Shown here: one piece after another, positions 24,341-37,463 of the stretch
How the letters are laid out: every line of letters begins with the position of its first letter
How positions within the stretch are numbered: position 1 is the stretch's first letter
Source of the DNA: Marsupella aquatica
Lineage: Eukaryota; Plantae; Marchantiophyta
Direction: 5' to 3'
DNA length: 64,000 bases
Assembly: GCA_973895155.1 (NCBI GenBank)
Contig: OZ316897.1
Span: 23,225,455 to 23,289,454, forward strand
The notes under the pieces: generated by a model
Databases searched by the model: none
What the model was told of the DNA's origin: nothing
Seen by the model: the letters and a program-made list of their open reading frames with translations, nothing else
Made by a program: the position numbers and the translations under genes

Positions 24341-26162
24341 TCTCACGCCTTGACTTCCTTTGTTGTCTTCCACAGAGGACCGCAAAAATACTTCGCTAGT
24401 GAAGTGCCCACGATGTGATAGTTCTCTAACTTTGCTAGTGAGGTTCATTCTTGCGATTGGTACTTGCAGTAACTGTGCATGTTCTGTTGCCGATTTGATT
24501 TTTGTAGCGAAAAGCCTAGTGATTGGAGGCCTCCTGCACTATTTTGACATGGATGGTGATTCACGCAGTTCAATTTTTAATTCATTTGTAGAACTGTGTT
24601 GTCAGTTGAACTTCCCTACTTTTCCCCTTACTACCTACCTTTGATAGACAACGATAGACAGATTTGTGTACATATTTTCGTTAAAGTCCAGACAATGATT
24701 TCCCTCAATCATGCACCCAGTCTTTTATGAAATTCCAATGTAGTTCTATCGAACAAAAAAGCTCTTTCTCATGTTGTGTAAAGAGTTTCATCAGTAAAAT
24801 CTGTGTGACCCAAATATCGTCTCTCCTTTCATTATTGATGTTCACTCTCCACGTGTGAAACTGTCTTGCAGCCCTGTTTGGTGTCCAACCTCGAGACTTC
24901 AATATTTATTCCCTGCGCTGTCGGATGAAGTTTGCCTCCAGAGTATTGCATAACAAGTAAAGCAATCTTGATTTTTTAGGGATGACAATTTAGAACCTTT
25001 TAAGTGTCCTTTACTTTAGGTCAATCGTCATTGCAAGATCCTTCTCTCTTTTCAATGAGATCCGGTTTGTCATTTACCTTAGTTTTATACGAGGTTCTGA
25101 TGTTCTGAAATTTACCTCTCTCACTGTGCGGCGAAGAAAATGATTAGCCACCTGTCAGATGTAAGTAGCTTGTGTCCACAATGATTTAGATATACAATCT
25201 CAAACCACAGCCCCACCAAGCTCACCAAATCTATTCCAACACTACTACATATTGGCCCCTTTTGCGAAGTTTTTTTTTTACGCCGGGATGGTCTTGCGAT
25301 GTCATCGACTTCAGATATTTTGTGATCAAACACGCATCACAATAAACCATGCTCACAGGTTCGCAACATGGTGTTGCGAAGCTAAATACCTGGCAATTTG
25401 TTTGAGATCAGATTGAATTCGCAACTCTTTCAGATACTATTCATCTCGCAAAGTATTTGTGGATCCGTGACCATCGCGACTGCATTTGGATCTCTTTTGT
25501 TTCATAATTTAGCGATAATAATGTACTCAAATATATATTGTGAACCTATTAGCTTCGCACAATATTGTGAAGCATAAATAGTCGCAAGTTACCGAATCCA
25601 GTTGATTCGCAAAGTTGAGAACACATTGGCATCACAATTACCGATGGTGTGTTATTCACAAAGTGTTCAGAAGTTGCTTCTTGACAAGCTTGAAAATGTT
25701 TTGCAAAGAGAGTTGTTTGAAAATTTTGTAGAATGGAAATGTTTGAGAGAGTTTCTTTACAAGATGGAGAATGCATGTGTTTAGGTTACAGCTAGGGTTT
25801 TCAAAAAGGTGGCATGCATGAGGATAGCTTTGGAAATGGCTAAGGTTGCATATATAACAGTGAGATGAAATTTCAAAGTCCAATTAAGTGTTTGTAAAAC
25901 AAAAGAAGAAAAGTAATATGTTAATATAAATAAAACCATGATAGTTAGTTTAGGGTCAAATTCTGGGCCCACAACAAGTTTTACTACTAGTGCATCAAAC
26001 CTGGTCCTCATCCTCGCCTCCATTTGACACAATAATAACGTCAGGTTTTTCCGAGATAATGGAACGGGACCGTGGCACATACGGTATAACAACTGACCAC
26101 TCTAGGTCTGGTGGGTACGGAATATAGAAACACTGCTCAAGGTGACTTGGGAATGTAAATGG

Positions 26163-29100
26163 TTAAGATGTTTGCCAATGAGATGGTTGAAAGCTAGTTG
26201 CTGATGTCTTCAGTCGAGTAAACCCACACTCATCAAGAAGTACCGTGCGATTATCACCAACCAGGTGAATTTTGAACCACTTACACTTGAAGACATACTC
26301 TTCAAATTTGGAATCAGCATCATAGGATATGATCAAGATCTCCTCAATCTTCCCATAGTGAGGCACCACATCTCTGATCACATTAGTGTCATGACGGCTA
26401 CTTTGTGAATCTTGCATGAACTGCCCTTGAACTCCACAATCAAAAGTTCTTCCCCTCTTCTCATCAAGGTCAGAAATCCTGAAATGCCTCCCTTGTGTCC
26501 ACATTGCTGTTCTGGTTTGAACAAGTCTTAAAGGACCATGAACAATTGTTCGAACCTCAGGAGTCATATCTGGAAAATATGATACATTCTCACCTTGGGC
26601 CACCATAGCATCCAACTGAAGTACTTTCTCCTTCATATACTCAAGGAACTTTGGAAAGATCTTTGGGCGACGACTCTCCCTCTTTGCATCCTCATAAAAC
26701 TCTCTCCAATCTTCCATCACATTGTTGTTACTCAACATGAAAGTACTAACCTGTGTCAACTCCACTGCGGTTAGTAAGCATGTTTTTTTTGCACCTGTTA
26801 AACGGTCCTCCTCCACTTCCCTCTCTTCCATCCAAGTGCATGGAAAACTAGGATCAATGGTAGCTAAGATGTTACTACAATAAAACATACTCTCAGCTGC
26901 CAAGTATCCAGTTGCCATGCTCCCCTCCACTCGTGCACGGTTCCGTACATAAGCCTTTAACACGGCCATATACCTTTCCACCTACAATGCACCGGACCGG
27001 CAATGGCAACCTCCCTCACAAGATGAACGAGAAGATGCACCTGACAATCAAAGAAGGAAGGAGGGAGGGCCTTCTCCAACTTGCATACCACCTCTGCTGC
27101 CAATACCTCCATCCGTGGTATCTCTTCTTCATATATTTCCTTTGAGCATATCCATCTCAACAAAGTGCCCAGTGACCAAAGGGCATCTTGCACTTCTTCA
27201 CTCCCCAAACCTATGATTGCCACAGGAAGTATATGTTGTAGTAAACGATGATAGTCATGTGTCTTGAGATACATTGGCCATTTATGACTGTCCTCCATCC
27301 CAAAAGCCTTACGTAGATTGGCACCATAGCCTGTAGGAAACCGCATCTGCCCTATGCGTTGTCGAAACTCTCTTCTTTCACCAACACTCAAAACCCATGG
27401 AGCTGAAGGACGATGTTCCATCCCTATGGATTCATCAACTGTTATCCATACATCTGGATGTCGTTCTAGATCCTGGCATGCCTCCCTAAAATTAATGTTC
27501 TTTTCCCCATAAAAGTGCTTGATCAAAGCCTTCCCAACATTTCCCTCTATATGCATGGGGTCTAACAAGTGATGAATCTTCAACTCAGGCCAATAGGGCA
27601 AAGTGGCCAGTATACCCCACCTTGTCAATCCACTACCATCAAATCCCATGGCATCTTCAGGGTCTGCCACCCTATCAGCTATGGATTTCCAATACGAAAA
27701 TGTTGTGCGGTCAGGTATCTCACGCTCATCACCATTGATCATGTCAAAGTCTGAAAACAAAAGGGGGTCAGACCTCATGTGATGCCCAAGTGGAAGAAAC
27801 TTGGTATGACCAAGGTAGATTATCTTGTGCAGCCATTTTGAGTACTTGGCCATATCGTGAAGGCTTGGACCACAAGTGGAGCATGCCTTGTACCCTTGAG
27901 TTTGGAACCCAGAAACAAACCCAAACCCTGCTCACAAAATAACATTCTCAATTAGAGTCAAAGGAATTGAAAAGTTCATGTACATAGAATTAAAGAGGGA
28001 CTTTCTTCCAAACAAACTTGATCTCCAATACATGAAAAAAATACAAATCCATACCACTCACCTGGATAGTCATGCATGGTCCACATAATGATTCCCTTCA
28101 ATTGGAAGACACGTGGTAACCCTCCTGTAGTTGTCCGACCATCATATGCCCACACACCCCCCCATAATTTATGGAGTTCCCCAACCAAGAGCGCCAAGTA
28201 GGTGTCCATGTTTTTTACCTTAGATGGACCTGGGATAATCAATGATAGCAATAAGAATCCCTTTTTCATGGACAACCATGGGGGAAGGTTGTAATTCATA
28301 ACAACCACCGGCCAAACTGAAGTAGGGCGCCCTTTCCCTCCAAGGGAGTGTGGGCTTACCCCATCTGATGCCAACCCCAACCTCACATGACGAGGGTCAC
28401 GTGCAAATTCTGGCCATTGTGACTCCACATGCTTGTGAGCAGGGGAATCAACTGGCAACCGCATGACACCGGTCTCTGATCGATGTGTCTTATGCCATAC
28501 CATCAATTATGCCAAGTCAGAACATCGGTACATGTGCAACAATCGAGGAATAATAGGAAACCAACGAACAACTTTTCTAGGCACCTTTGAGGTCAACATG
28601 TTGGTTTCATATCGAGGCTCTTGACAAATTGGACACTCAGTTGCGCTGGCATTGGTCTCATGATAGAGAATGCAGTCATTCACACAAGCATGAATGATAT
28701 GGTATTCCATGCCAATGGATGATAGAACCCTCTTTGCCTCCTTCCAAGTTCCTGGCAACACATTTTCACTAGGTAACAAGAGATCATGGCAAATTGCAAA
28801 CAAATCCGATAGTAGCGCATTGCTTGCCTTGTGTTTTGCCTGAAGATTCATCAATGCCAAGATGGCAGATAGTCTATTCAAACGAGCACCCCCATAAATA
28901 GGTGTTCTAGCATGTGCCTCAGCTTCTTCCCATTGTTTTTGTCCTTCAGGTGTACGTTGAGGCCTTGGATCATGTGCAACATTTGGTGGAGGGTCTCCTT
29001 CATTGGGTGGGACACCTCCTTCACCACCAATATCTACACCAAACCAATCTGTCATGAAGTCATCCATGGCTGACTCTTGGTCTTGCATGACCTCATAATC

Positions 29101-30561
29101 TGTCCGAGGTGCCCCTTCATCTGGACTATCATTATCATTGTCACTTGATGAGGAATCTGCTAATGATGTTTCCCCGTCTTGTGGCAAGCCCATTTCTTGA
29201 TATGTAGCTCTCAACCTCCTTGGCAACATATCTTGACTAGGCCGCACATTCTATAGACAATACAATAAAGTATTCACAATGAAATTAACGCCAAATATAG
29301 TAGTGCTCGAAACATATTATTAACAATATAAAAAGAACATGTCATTACAAAACATACGTTCACATACGATGAACGTATAATACATGTCCCTAAAGTAATC
29401 CTAATCCCATTCATAATGTGTAAACAACTCCTCTCCAGCCAGAATGGTCCTATTAGCTACAACTAGACAATGGTCATGATGATATCTCTGCCCATAAGGG
29501 GTTGGAGGGGGACCATCAACAAAAACCCATTCACAGTTTTTCCTATGCTTAGACCGGGTCCCCACAGTACTGTTGATGAAACCGGCAATATTCCCACTAC
29601 GGATGGGATCACCATCAATTATACGCTGGTCACAATACTTTCTGGTGCAACCATCAAAAGTATCCATGTCCAATGCATAAGTCTTCCACTCAGGGTGTTG
29701 AACAAGGATCATGTTCCAATGTCTCCTCTTGTAAATGGGTCCACCATACGGGAACAACGTTGGTCCATCTGAAGAGCGCCCTTTTCCACCCATATCATCC
29801 ACAATAATGTCCTGACAAGAGAAAATCCCATACCCATGCCTCTCCCCTAGGGTCGAACTCTTGACAACCCAACGTCTTCCCCAAACTTCTATCTCCTCAC
29901 CATAGGTTATATCACATGGCAAACCAAGGCACTCCGGATTCCAATCCTTTATGATAGGAACACACTTCCCTGTGAAGGTACAAGGGCCCCATCTACCATC
30001 AACCCTACAAGTGTACTGATCCACTTCCCCTCTAGGCTGTCTTTTTGACTTTTTTTCCCTCTTGTAACAATACCGTCACCCTTAATTGTCCCAACACTAC
30101 CTTGCCCTGCTGCCACTAAATGAAAAGCTTGTGAAAGTGCCGAGCCTATAGCATCTAGAACTCCTTGTGAGGGAACATAGGGTGTTGGTGTAGTGGGTGT
30201 AGGCCTACTGGATACCTATAGGAAGAAATGGAACCAAGTGAGTGTGATGAACCTCCCAAATTTTATTTTATGCTACCTAGCAAGATTTACAAAATAAAAT
30301 GGAAATCACAGTAAGTTTACAACTCACCATACGGGATGAAGAAGCTCCCGGTGTAAGACCTCGATGTTGGCCATATCGAGCAATGTGCTCCGCACATACA
30401 TATGACTTTTGGACAACCATCCCCACACATTTTTTACAACCACAAAGTTGGCGTGGTGGACCACTAGGTCGACGTACGGTTGGTTCAGGTTGAGGAGGAG
30501 GATGACTTTCTTCATCGGAAGAGGAATCTGATGTGGTGGAAGTTGTAGAGGATGAAGACAT
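26163..30561 (-). pseudogene. CACTA TnpD transposase (transposase-associated, Transposase_21, DUF4218 and DUF4216-like regions), intron-containing and disrupted
   Basis: LCGCKKC...HIARYG; IHACVNDCILY...CPICQEPRY; RHVRLGLASDGVSP...NYNLPPW; WTMHDYPG; LDPMHIEGNV; LKTHDYH; FFDCQVHLLVHL; MERYMAVLKAYVRNRARVEGSM; YGKIEEIL...FKCKWF. In-frame stop at 28507 and a frameshift near 26975. Confidence 0.92.
29401..30215 (-). CDS. SET-domain (lysine methyltransferase-like) exon embedded in the CACTA transposase gene
   Basis: VKSSTLGERHGYGIFSCQDI; FPYGG; YAL; IDGDPIRSGNIAGFINST; NCEW; VANRTILAGEELFTHY are the SET motifs in canonical order. Open frame 29401-30024; putative acceptor before 30215. Confidence 0.75.
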
Positions 30562-30989
30562 CTGACAAGTATAGCAATTGGAAGGCGATTAGTAAAAACT
30601 TCACCAAAACCATCATTGATAATCCCTACCTAAACATATTAAAAAGAATTGACAGAAAAATACCTTTATGAGACCCGGGCTTAGCAATGCCTTGACGGAT
30701 CTTGTGGCTCAAATTTCATGAACCAAATCTGGAAGGAGGGGAAAATCTGCCAATATACAATGAATTAAGCCATGCCTTATGGTGAACCAGAAAAAAAGGA
30801 TGATAGATTGTAACCCTCCATATTTACAGCAATGACTAGAAATGCATGAGAAAATGTTATACCTTTCAGATGCCCGGGCTCTCGCAAGGCATTATCATGC
30901 ATTAGCCAAAACTTTAAAAAACATGGGGAAGTGCCCTACAACGCCAAAGAGTTTTCCTCTCCATGTTAATGAGATAGACAAAGAAATAT

Positions 30990-31860
30990 AAGTAACCCAA
31001 ACCCTACCCTAAACCCAAACCATGAAATGAAACCCTTCATTAAAACCTAACCCAAATCCCTCAATCACCCTAAACCCTTACCCTTATCCTAACCAATACC
31101 CAAATCCCTCATTAAAAATTCAAACCTTTACCCTAAACCCAAACCCCTACCCTAAACCCAAACCATGAAATGAAACCCTTCATTAAAACCTAACCCAAAT
31201 CCCTCAAGCACCCTAAACCCTTACCCTTATCCTAACCAATACCCAAATCCCTCATTAAAATTTCAAACCTTTACCCTAAACCCAACCCAAATCCCCCAAT
31301 TACATATAAAACTCTTACCCTATCTACACCTTACTTTACCTATATAGGCCAACCCCCACCCCTATAGTTATTCTAAACTTCACCCTAACCCCTAAATTGA
31401 GGCCCTTTTTTAAAACTTAAGCAAAAATTGTACCCCCTCAATTAGAACCAAATCCAACCCTATATCATGTTACACCCCAACCCAAACACTTACATTAGAA
31501 ACCCAACCCCTTTAAAAAAACCACAATTAAACCCCCCAACTAAAAACCAAACCCAATCCCTTTAAAAAACAACCACAATTCAACCCCTCAACTAAAACCA
31601 AACCCAACCCCTGTAATTACTCACAACCTAATGCAAACCTCTACCTTGAACCCTAAGCCAAACCCATTAATTTAAACCCAACCCTTTTATTCCAACCTAA
31701 CCCAAGTTTTAACCCCCTTAATTAAACCAAATACTCCTAGATTAAAACCAAATATAAACCTAACCTTTAATTAAACCCAAACCTTTGTTAACTTATATTC
31801 TAGTTATCCTTACAACCCAAACATCCATTGACACCCCTTCCATGTTAACTTATGGGCACT
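30990..31860. repeat. Degenerate telomere-like (CCCTAAA/AAACCC) low-complexity tract with a ~145-bp internal duplication
   Basis: Strong C/A strand skew. The block catgaaatgaaacccttcattaaaacctaacccaaatccctc occurs at ~31021 and ~31164. Confidence 0.8.
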
Positions 31861-32282
31861 TAACATACCTTAAATGTCGTTTGACAAACCTTAATAGCCG
31901 TTTGACACCCCAAAGTGTTTTCCAACCCTAAACCGATAAGACCTGCCTCGCAAATTATTTCACAAGTTAGAGAATCTTTTTGCGAACCTACGACCTTCGC
32001 ACTTGCTTCGCAAAAATAGAGGCCGAGAATGATTTTTTGGGTCTTCTACGGGTTGCGATGGCTTTGCGAAGGGAATAGATTCGGAAGTGCCTCGCAAGTT
32101 GCGAGACTATTTGCGAGGGCGCGGGCTTCGCAGTTTCCCATGCGTATGTCATCGCAAACCCGTTTTTGAACGGCGTAAACATCGGCGGGAGCTCGCATTC
32201 GGGCTCATTTCAGTTTTTGAGCAAGACGAGAAGGGCCGGGGTGCGCGCAACAGTACGAGGGAGACTGTGAGAGAGGGGAGCT

Positions 32283-34323
32283 ATGGCTACCGGTGAGGGG
32301 AGTGGAGGGCAAGGTGGTAGTGGTAGTGGTAGTGGCAATGGGGGAAATCCAGAGAAAGAGAAGAATGCCTGGGCAGACTTAGTGGCCCAACATCTCAGTG
32401 CTGCACAATTGGGAGAAGTGAATCTCAATTCTCCAGCAGGGCTTGCCTCTTTGAGTGCCATTCTTGGACAGGTTTTGCAAACTGGGATTGTAGCAGGACA
32501 AGCTACTAGAGAGGGGGAGGAGAGGGCCGCAGCTGAAGAGAAGGCTAGAGAGAAAAAAAGGAAGAGAGAGGAAAGAACTAAGTCGGGAGTTGCCTCTCCT
32601 CAAGCCCTAGAGAAGCAGAAGAGAAGAGAGGAGAGAGATTCAATTCGAAAACAGAGGGAGGAGCAACGTCAGAAAGAGGAAGCAAGAAAAAAACTTCCAT
32701 TCATTGCCTTGGAGACGAGTGGGACTCCAACTGAGGTAGCGTATGCAGGGGCTAAGAGCACAATCAAGCAGATTATCACAAGCAATTTCTCACGAGGCAT
32801 GCAGTGGGGGAAGATTGAGAAGGCAGAGCGAAAGAGGGTCATCAACCAAATCAAGGATGCATTTCGCAATGGGCCTGACATAGATGAGCAATGGTTGGCA
32901 GATAAGATTTCAAATTCTATGTCTCAAATGCGATACCATGACAAGATGAAGATTAGAGCCCACCTGAAAGACTTGAGATCATACAGGAACTTGCGCAGAC
33001 CCCTCCACTTCACCGAGGACATCTGGAATTTGTTTTACAAGATTGAGGTGCAAATTAAGGTAGCTCACGAGTTGGAAGAGTGGAAGGGCAATCTAGATCG
33101 AGCCTTGAAAGCAAAGGAGGCAGGGAAGCTCCCCCCTGACCACGACCTGAAGCCACTTGAGCAGAAGGTAGCTGAGATGCAGAAGGTGACCGACCAGGAG
33201 GGAAAGCCACCCAAGCGTTTCACAGATGCAGCCAAACGAGTGAAATCCACCCCCAATCCAGTCCACAAGTTGGGTCAAGGCGGGCTCCCCGGCCTCAAGT
33301 CACACTTTGTGAGTGCCTCTTGCTCCTCCCTAACCTCTCTATTCCTTTCAGAGTTGTGCAATGCAAGTGAATGACATCCCCGAAGGTTCTTGCTGTTGTG
33401 CATGCTTGCTTGGTTACTAGTTTAGGGCAACTCTGACACTTAGAATTTCTGGCAAATTTTTAAAAACTCTCGGGAACACAGTTTGCGAAGGTGTTGCGAT
33501 GCGTATTTGTTCGCAAACCCCTCGCAAAGTCTATCATAGACTTTTTCCATTTCAATTTTCTGATGCCTTTGCGAACAAATGCGCATCGCAAACTCCATCG
33601 CAACGCCTTCGCAAAAAAAGGTGGTTCGCAAGTTGCTATGCTTATAGGTTCGCAAATTTGAATTTTAAATTTTTTTTGGGTCACGTTTAGTAGTTGAGGA
33701 TTTAGGCGTCACTTGTGGCTATAGGGTATGCTTAAGGGCAAATTTAACCAATTTTAATTGGTTTTATGCATGGCAGTATCGGAGGTACAAAAGGAAGATA
33801 TCAAAAAAGCATATTGAGGTGGCGATAGAGCATGGACGAAAGTACCTCTTTGCGATGGTAGATGCCGAGTTGGCTACTATAAGTGTCTAAGTGTGAACCA
33901 TATGATTAGCATGAAAACATTGTGAGTGACCCTTTATGTCTTGCGGAAACTAATGATATGTAATGGATGCAGGATTCGGATGAGCCTGAGGGGTCGGGTG
34001 CTGATGTGACCAGTAGTGATGACGATGAGGGGGCTACTCCTGGTACTAGTGGTGCTCGGGGGGGGAGTAGTCGTGAGGTAGGTTCTTCCCACCGTGGTAG
34101 TGGTGGTAGTCGTGTGTCATCAGCACACGTTGATGACCAGGGGGAGGAGGAGGACCCTGAGGATGAGGAGGAGGAGCAGGAGGGGCAGGAGGAGCCAGAG
34201 GAGCAGCAGGAGCAGGAGCGCCGACGGCCATCACGCACCCGTCACCAACAGGATCCCCGGAAGGATAAGGGCAAGAAGCCAGCCAAGAAGCCAACCAAGA
34301 GGAGCCGCAAGAGCCCATTCTAG
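32283..34323 (+). CDS. CACTA second gene (TnpA-like accessory protein), probably spliced
   Basis: 363-aa ORF from ATG 32283 with a GTGAGT donor at 33309. Later exon-like segments at ~33776-33880 and 33973-34323 (acidic, then a basic NLS-like tail). Lies inside the CACTA TIRs, divergent from TnpD. Confidence 0.55.
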
Positions 34324-37300
34324 TTATTTTGTAGAGATACATGCATGAGAGTGACTTGTCATGCCGGAGCTTAGGGTAGGAAGAGGCAGCATAGGTTTAG
34401 AAGGGCGGACCTAGCATCAGATATTTCCCCCCTCTTGTCCATGTATAGGGTTCTTTGAAGCCCTATCATTTTGTTCATGCTTTTCCATTTTATAAAACAA
34501 CAATTTTGCCTTCCACATTGGGTTCCAAGGAAAACCCCTCGCAAATAATGTATTGAATCCTGTGTGATCATAATTTTGCGAACCCTTTAAGAACTCATTC
34601 CCATCGCACAATATTAACCCCAAGGCGTCGCACTTTTTGAGTCAATTAACTTCAGAACTTCAGATCCAAATATGTCGGGTTTTTGTGATACTTCTAGGAT
34701 CGCACTTTCCTAATCGCAACTGTTCACAAACTTCTGAAATCACCGGTATCGCTCTTTGTCATACAATCCCCATCAAAACAATTGAACCAGTATCAATCGC
34801 AAATATGATGCGATGGTAAATCCATCTCAAATATTGACGCCCGCGCGGGACGTGTGCGTGTATGTTTGCGAACCTTATGCGACGTATAATGGATCGCAGA
34901 AGTATTGAATATTGCGAACCTCTCAGCTTCTCAGTTTGCCATGATGTTGCGATGCCGTTGCGATGGTCCGCGTGCGAAGTTATTAGGTTCGCAAAGTGCG
35001 AAGGGGGTGCGATGCGCGTATGTTCGCAATAGCCAGAATTATGAAAATCAGGGGCTTGTTAGTTGCGATGAGATTGTCTTCGCAAAACCGGCTGATAGTG
35101 TTGTAGTCCAAGAGCTCTCAAATCCCAACTTTCTAAGCTGAAGTCCTTGGTGTAGGATAGTCGCTCTAGATGTGTCAATCGGGTAATTGTAACGTGCGAG
35201 CAAATAGTAGAATTTTTTCTTGCACAAGCAAGTTTTCCCCTTTTATTGGGGCCCAAAATGAGGTCCGAAAACTTCCTCCCTAGCATAAAGACACCTTGTG
35301 ATCACAAAAAAGGAGAAGGAAATGGCATTGAAAATGAGGAAACCTGAGCATATTCGTGTGACCTGAATGTACACGGACCAAAAATTAGGACTGATTTTTA
35401 CTCGACAACTCTTGCCACCTGTTTTAACCTCCATGTCGAATCACTATAAATGACTTTCGCTTCAGGCCAGCAAAATCGCTAGTCCAATCACGCTCACACT
35501 TTGGGTCACTCACACGAGGTACGGGCTCCCACATGGGAAAAATCCTACCCGAGGCAATGAAAAAATGGAAAAGTACAGCGCAATCCCTACGTGACAAGAA
35601 TCCGCACTTCATTAGTGACGAGTCAAGGATGATTAAGGCCGTTTGGAACCTAATCATGTCACATGCGAGTGAACGAGAGAATTACCGTTCCAAACCCAAG
35701 GGGAACCCACTTAAGCAAAGCTTGTCAACCCAAAACCTCCAGTGTTTGGAAGCGTTCTCCCGATCATTTCCTCCTTCTCGAGCTGGACCACACTCGCGGA
35801 TTCGGAACTGCTCTCAGTATTACAAGTCCTCAGCGCTCACCCAAATCAAGTTTGGGTACGCGTCTCTTTGCTATGGCTTTGAATGTTATTCCAGTGAAGA
35901 ACTCTTTGTGAAGGCATTCGATGTTTTTCAGCGTGGAAACGCTTTGCATTTCACTAGTGGATTTCATTTGTGATCATTGTTCTGTTATTTTAAGTGCAAA
36001 GAAATGTTTGGAGTTCCAGCAAATCCTTCTAATGGGAAATGGCAACTCGAGGTCCAGCAGTACAACCCAGCGACGGATGGCCCTCTGGAAGCTGACTCTC
36101 CGCCGAAGCGTCAAACCAATGCAGACATTGGCAAGGTCTCCGCGGGTAGCAGTGTCCCAATTGCACTTGTTCAAAAAGATCCATGTGGTGGGTCATCATC
36201 ATCATTGGCGCAAACACCCACGCCACCAAAGTCAGGTCAACCAGTGAAGTCTCCACTGAAACCAAAGATGAGACACGGGGCGAGGCTGCAACGAAGAGGA
36301 AGAGGCTTGCAAAAGAGGAGCAATATTGGATTGAACAGGAGATCCATGACTACTGGACCGAGAAACGCCTTGCCTCTTCCGATTATGATTCGGAGTCGGA
36401 CACAGACTCTGATGCTTACAAGGCCGCCATCCCCTGAGAAGAGACTCAGTTTCTGGGGTTTACGGACCTCTTCCATGTTGAAAGAAGCATGACATGTACT
36501 CTCAAGATGTATATGAAGTAAAGTTCATGTGTTTATGTCTTGTCTGTTTTGTCCACGGATGACTTGAACAACATTCAAGTCTTTGACTCTTTCTATCCAA
36601 CTTCTGCACCTCTTTGTCGTTGAACATGTCTCTTCTTAGAGAGACAAACATGGACCCTTAGTAGACTAGCAAGATTGCTAGTATAATACTGAAATCATTT
36701 ACATCTTTCCAACTTCAACCATATAGATCCTAGTCTTCAGGTTGAATCTGTTACGGGTTTAAGTTGAGAACATGTTGTCAACAGAGGAAGACTGTAACCA
36801 CTACACTGAACCCATTTAGCAGCCAAGAACTTGAATGTTGTTTAGTACTATCAGCCTATTCATTAAAAGTGTATTATTATTTGATTTATGTACATTTGGG
36901 CAATGAAAAGTGTACATTTGGCCAATGAAAAGTGTACATTTGGGGATAGAAATATGTACAATTGGCCTAAAGAGTGTACATTTTGGCAATGAAAAGTGTA
37001 TATTTGAGCATCAAAATAGGTACATTTGGCTTAAAAATTGTTCATTTGAATACATGTGGCCTAAAAAATGTACAATTGAGTGAAAATGCATACATTTGGC
37101 TTTAGAAGTGTACATTTAAGTGTATTTGGTCTAGAAAGTGTAGCTTTGAGTGCAACAAAGTGTACATTTGGCCTAAAAAGTGTACATTTCCTAGCAACTC
37201 TTATTATAATCATTTAAAAGAAAGGAATGAATAGAAAAATATTTTTATTTATGCAAAACAAACAAACATTCATATTCATAATGATCAAACCTTTAGAAAA

Positions 37301-37463
37301 TGAGGAGATAATATAACTAACACTCAATGGCATGGTCTCACATTAAAACTATTAGAATAGTAAATAACTAGTACGTAACTTACTATGTTAGAATGAGTGA
37401 CTATCTTACATAAAAACTAGTAACTATCTAATTATACCTTGAGTTCACTAGTAACAACTAAGT

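Larger units (their letters stand above)
25240..35108. mobile_element. CACTA (En/Spm) transposon, ~9.9 kb
   Basis: Left end CACTACTACATATTGGCCCCTTTTGCGAAG; right end reverse complement GACTACAACACTATCAGCCGGTTTTGCGAAG (terminal base mutated). 3-bp TSD CAA at 25237-25239 and 35109-35111. Abundant TTGCGA/TCGCAA subterminal repeats. Confidence 0.9.

Noticed and set aside
35533-36492. ORF fragments between the CACTA element and the giant transposon
   Set aside because: Interrupted frames with no motif I can assign.
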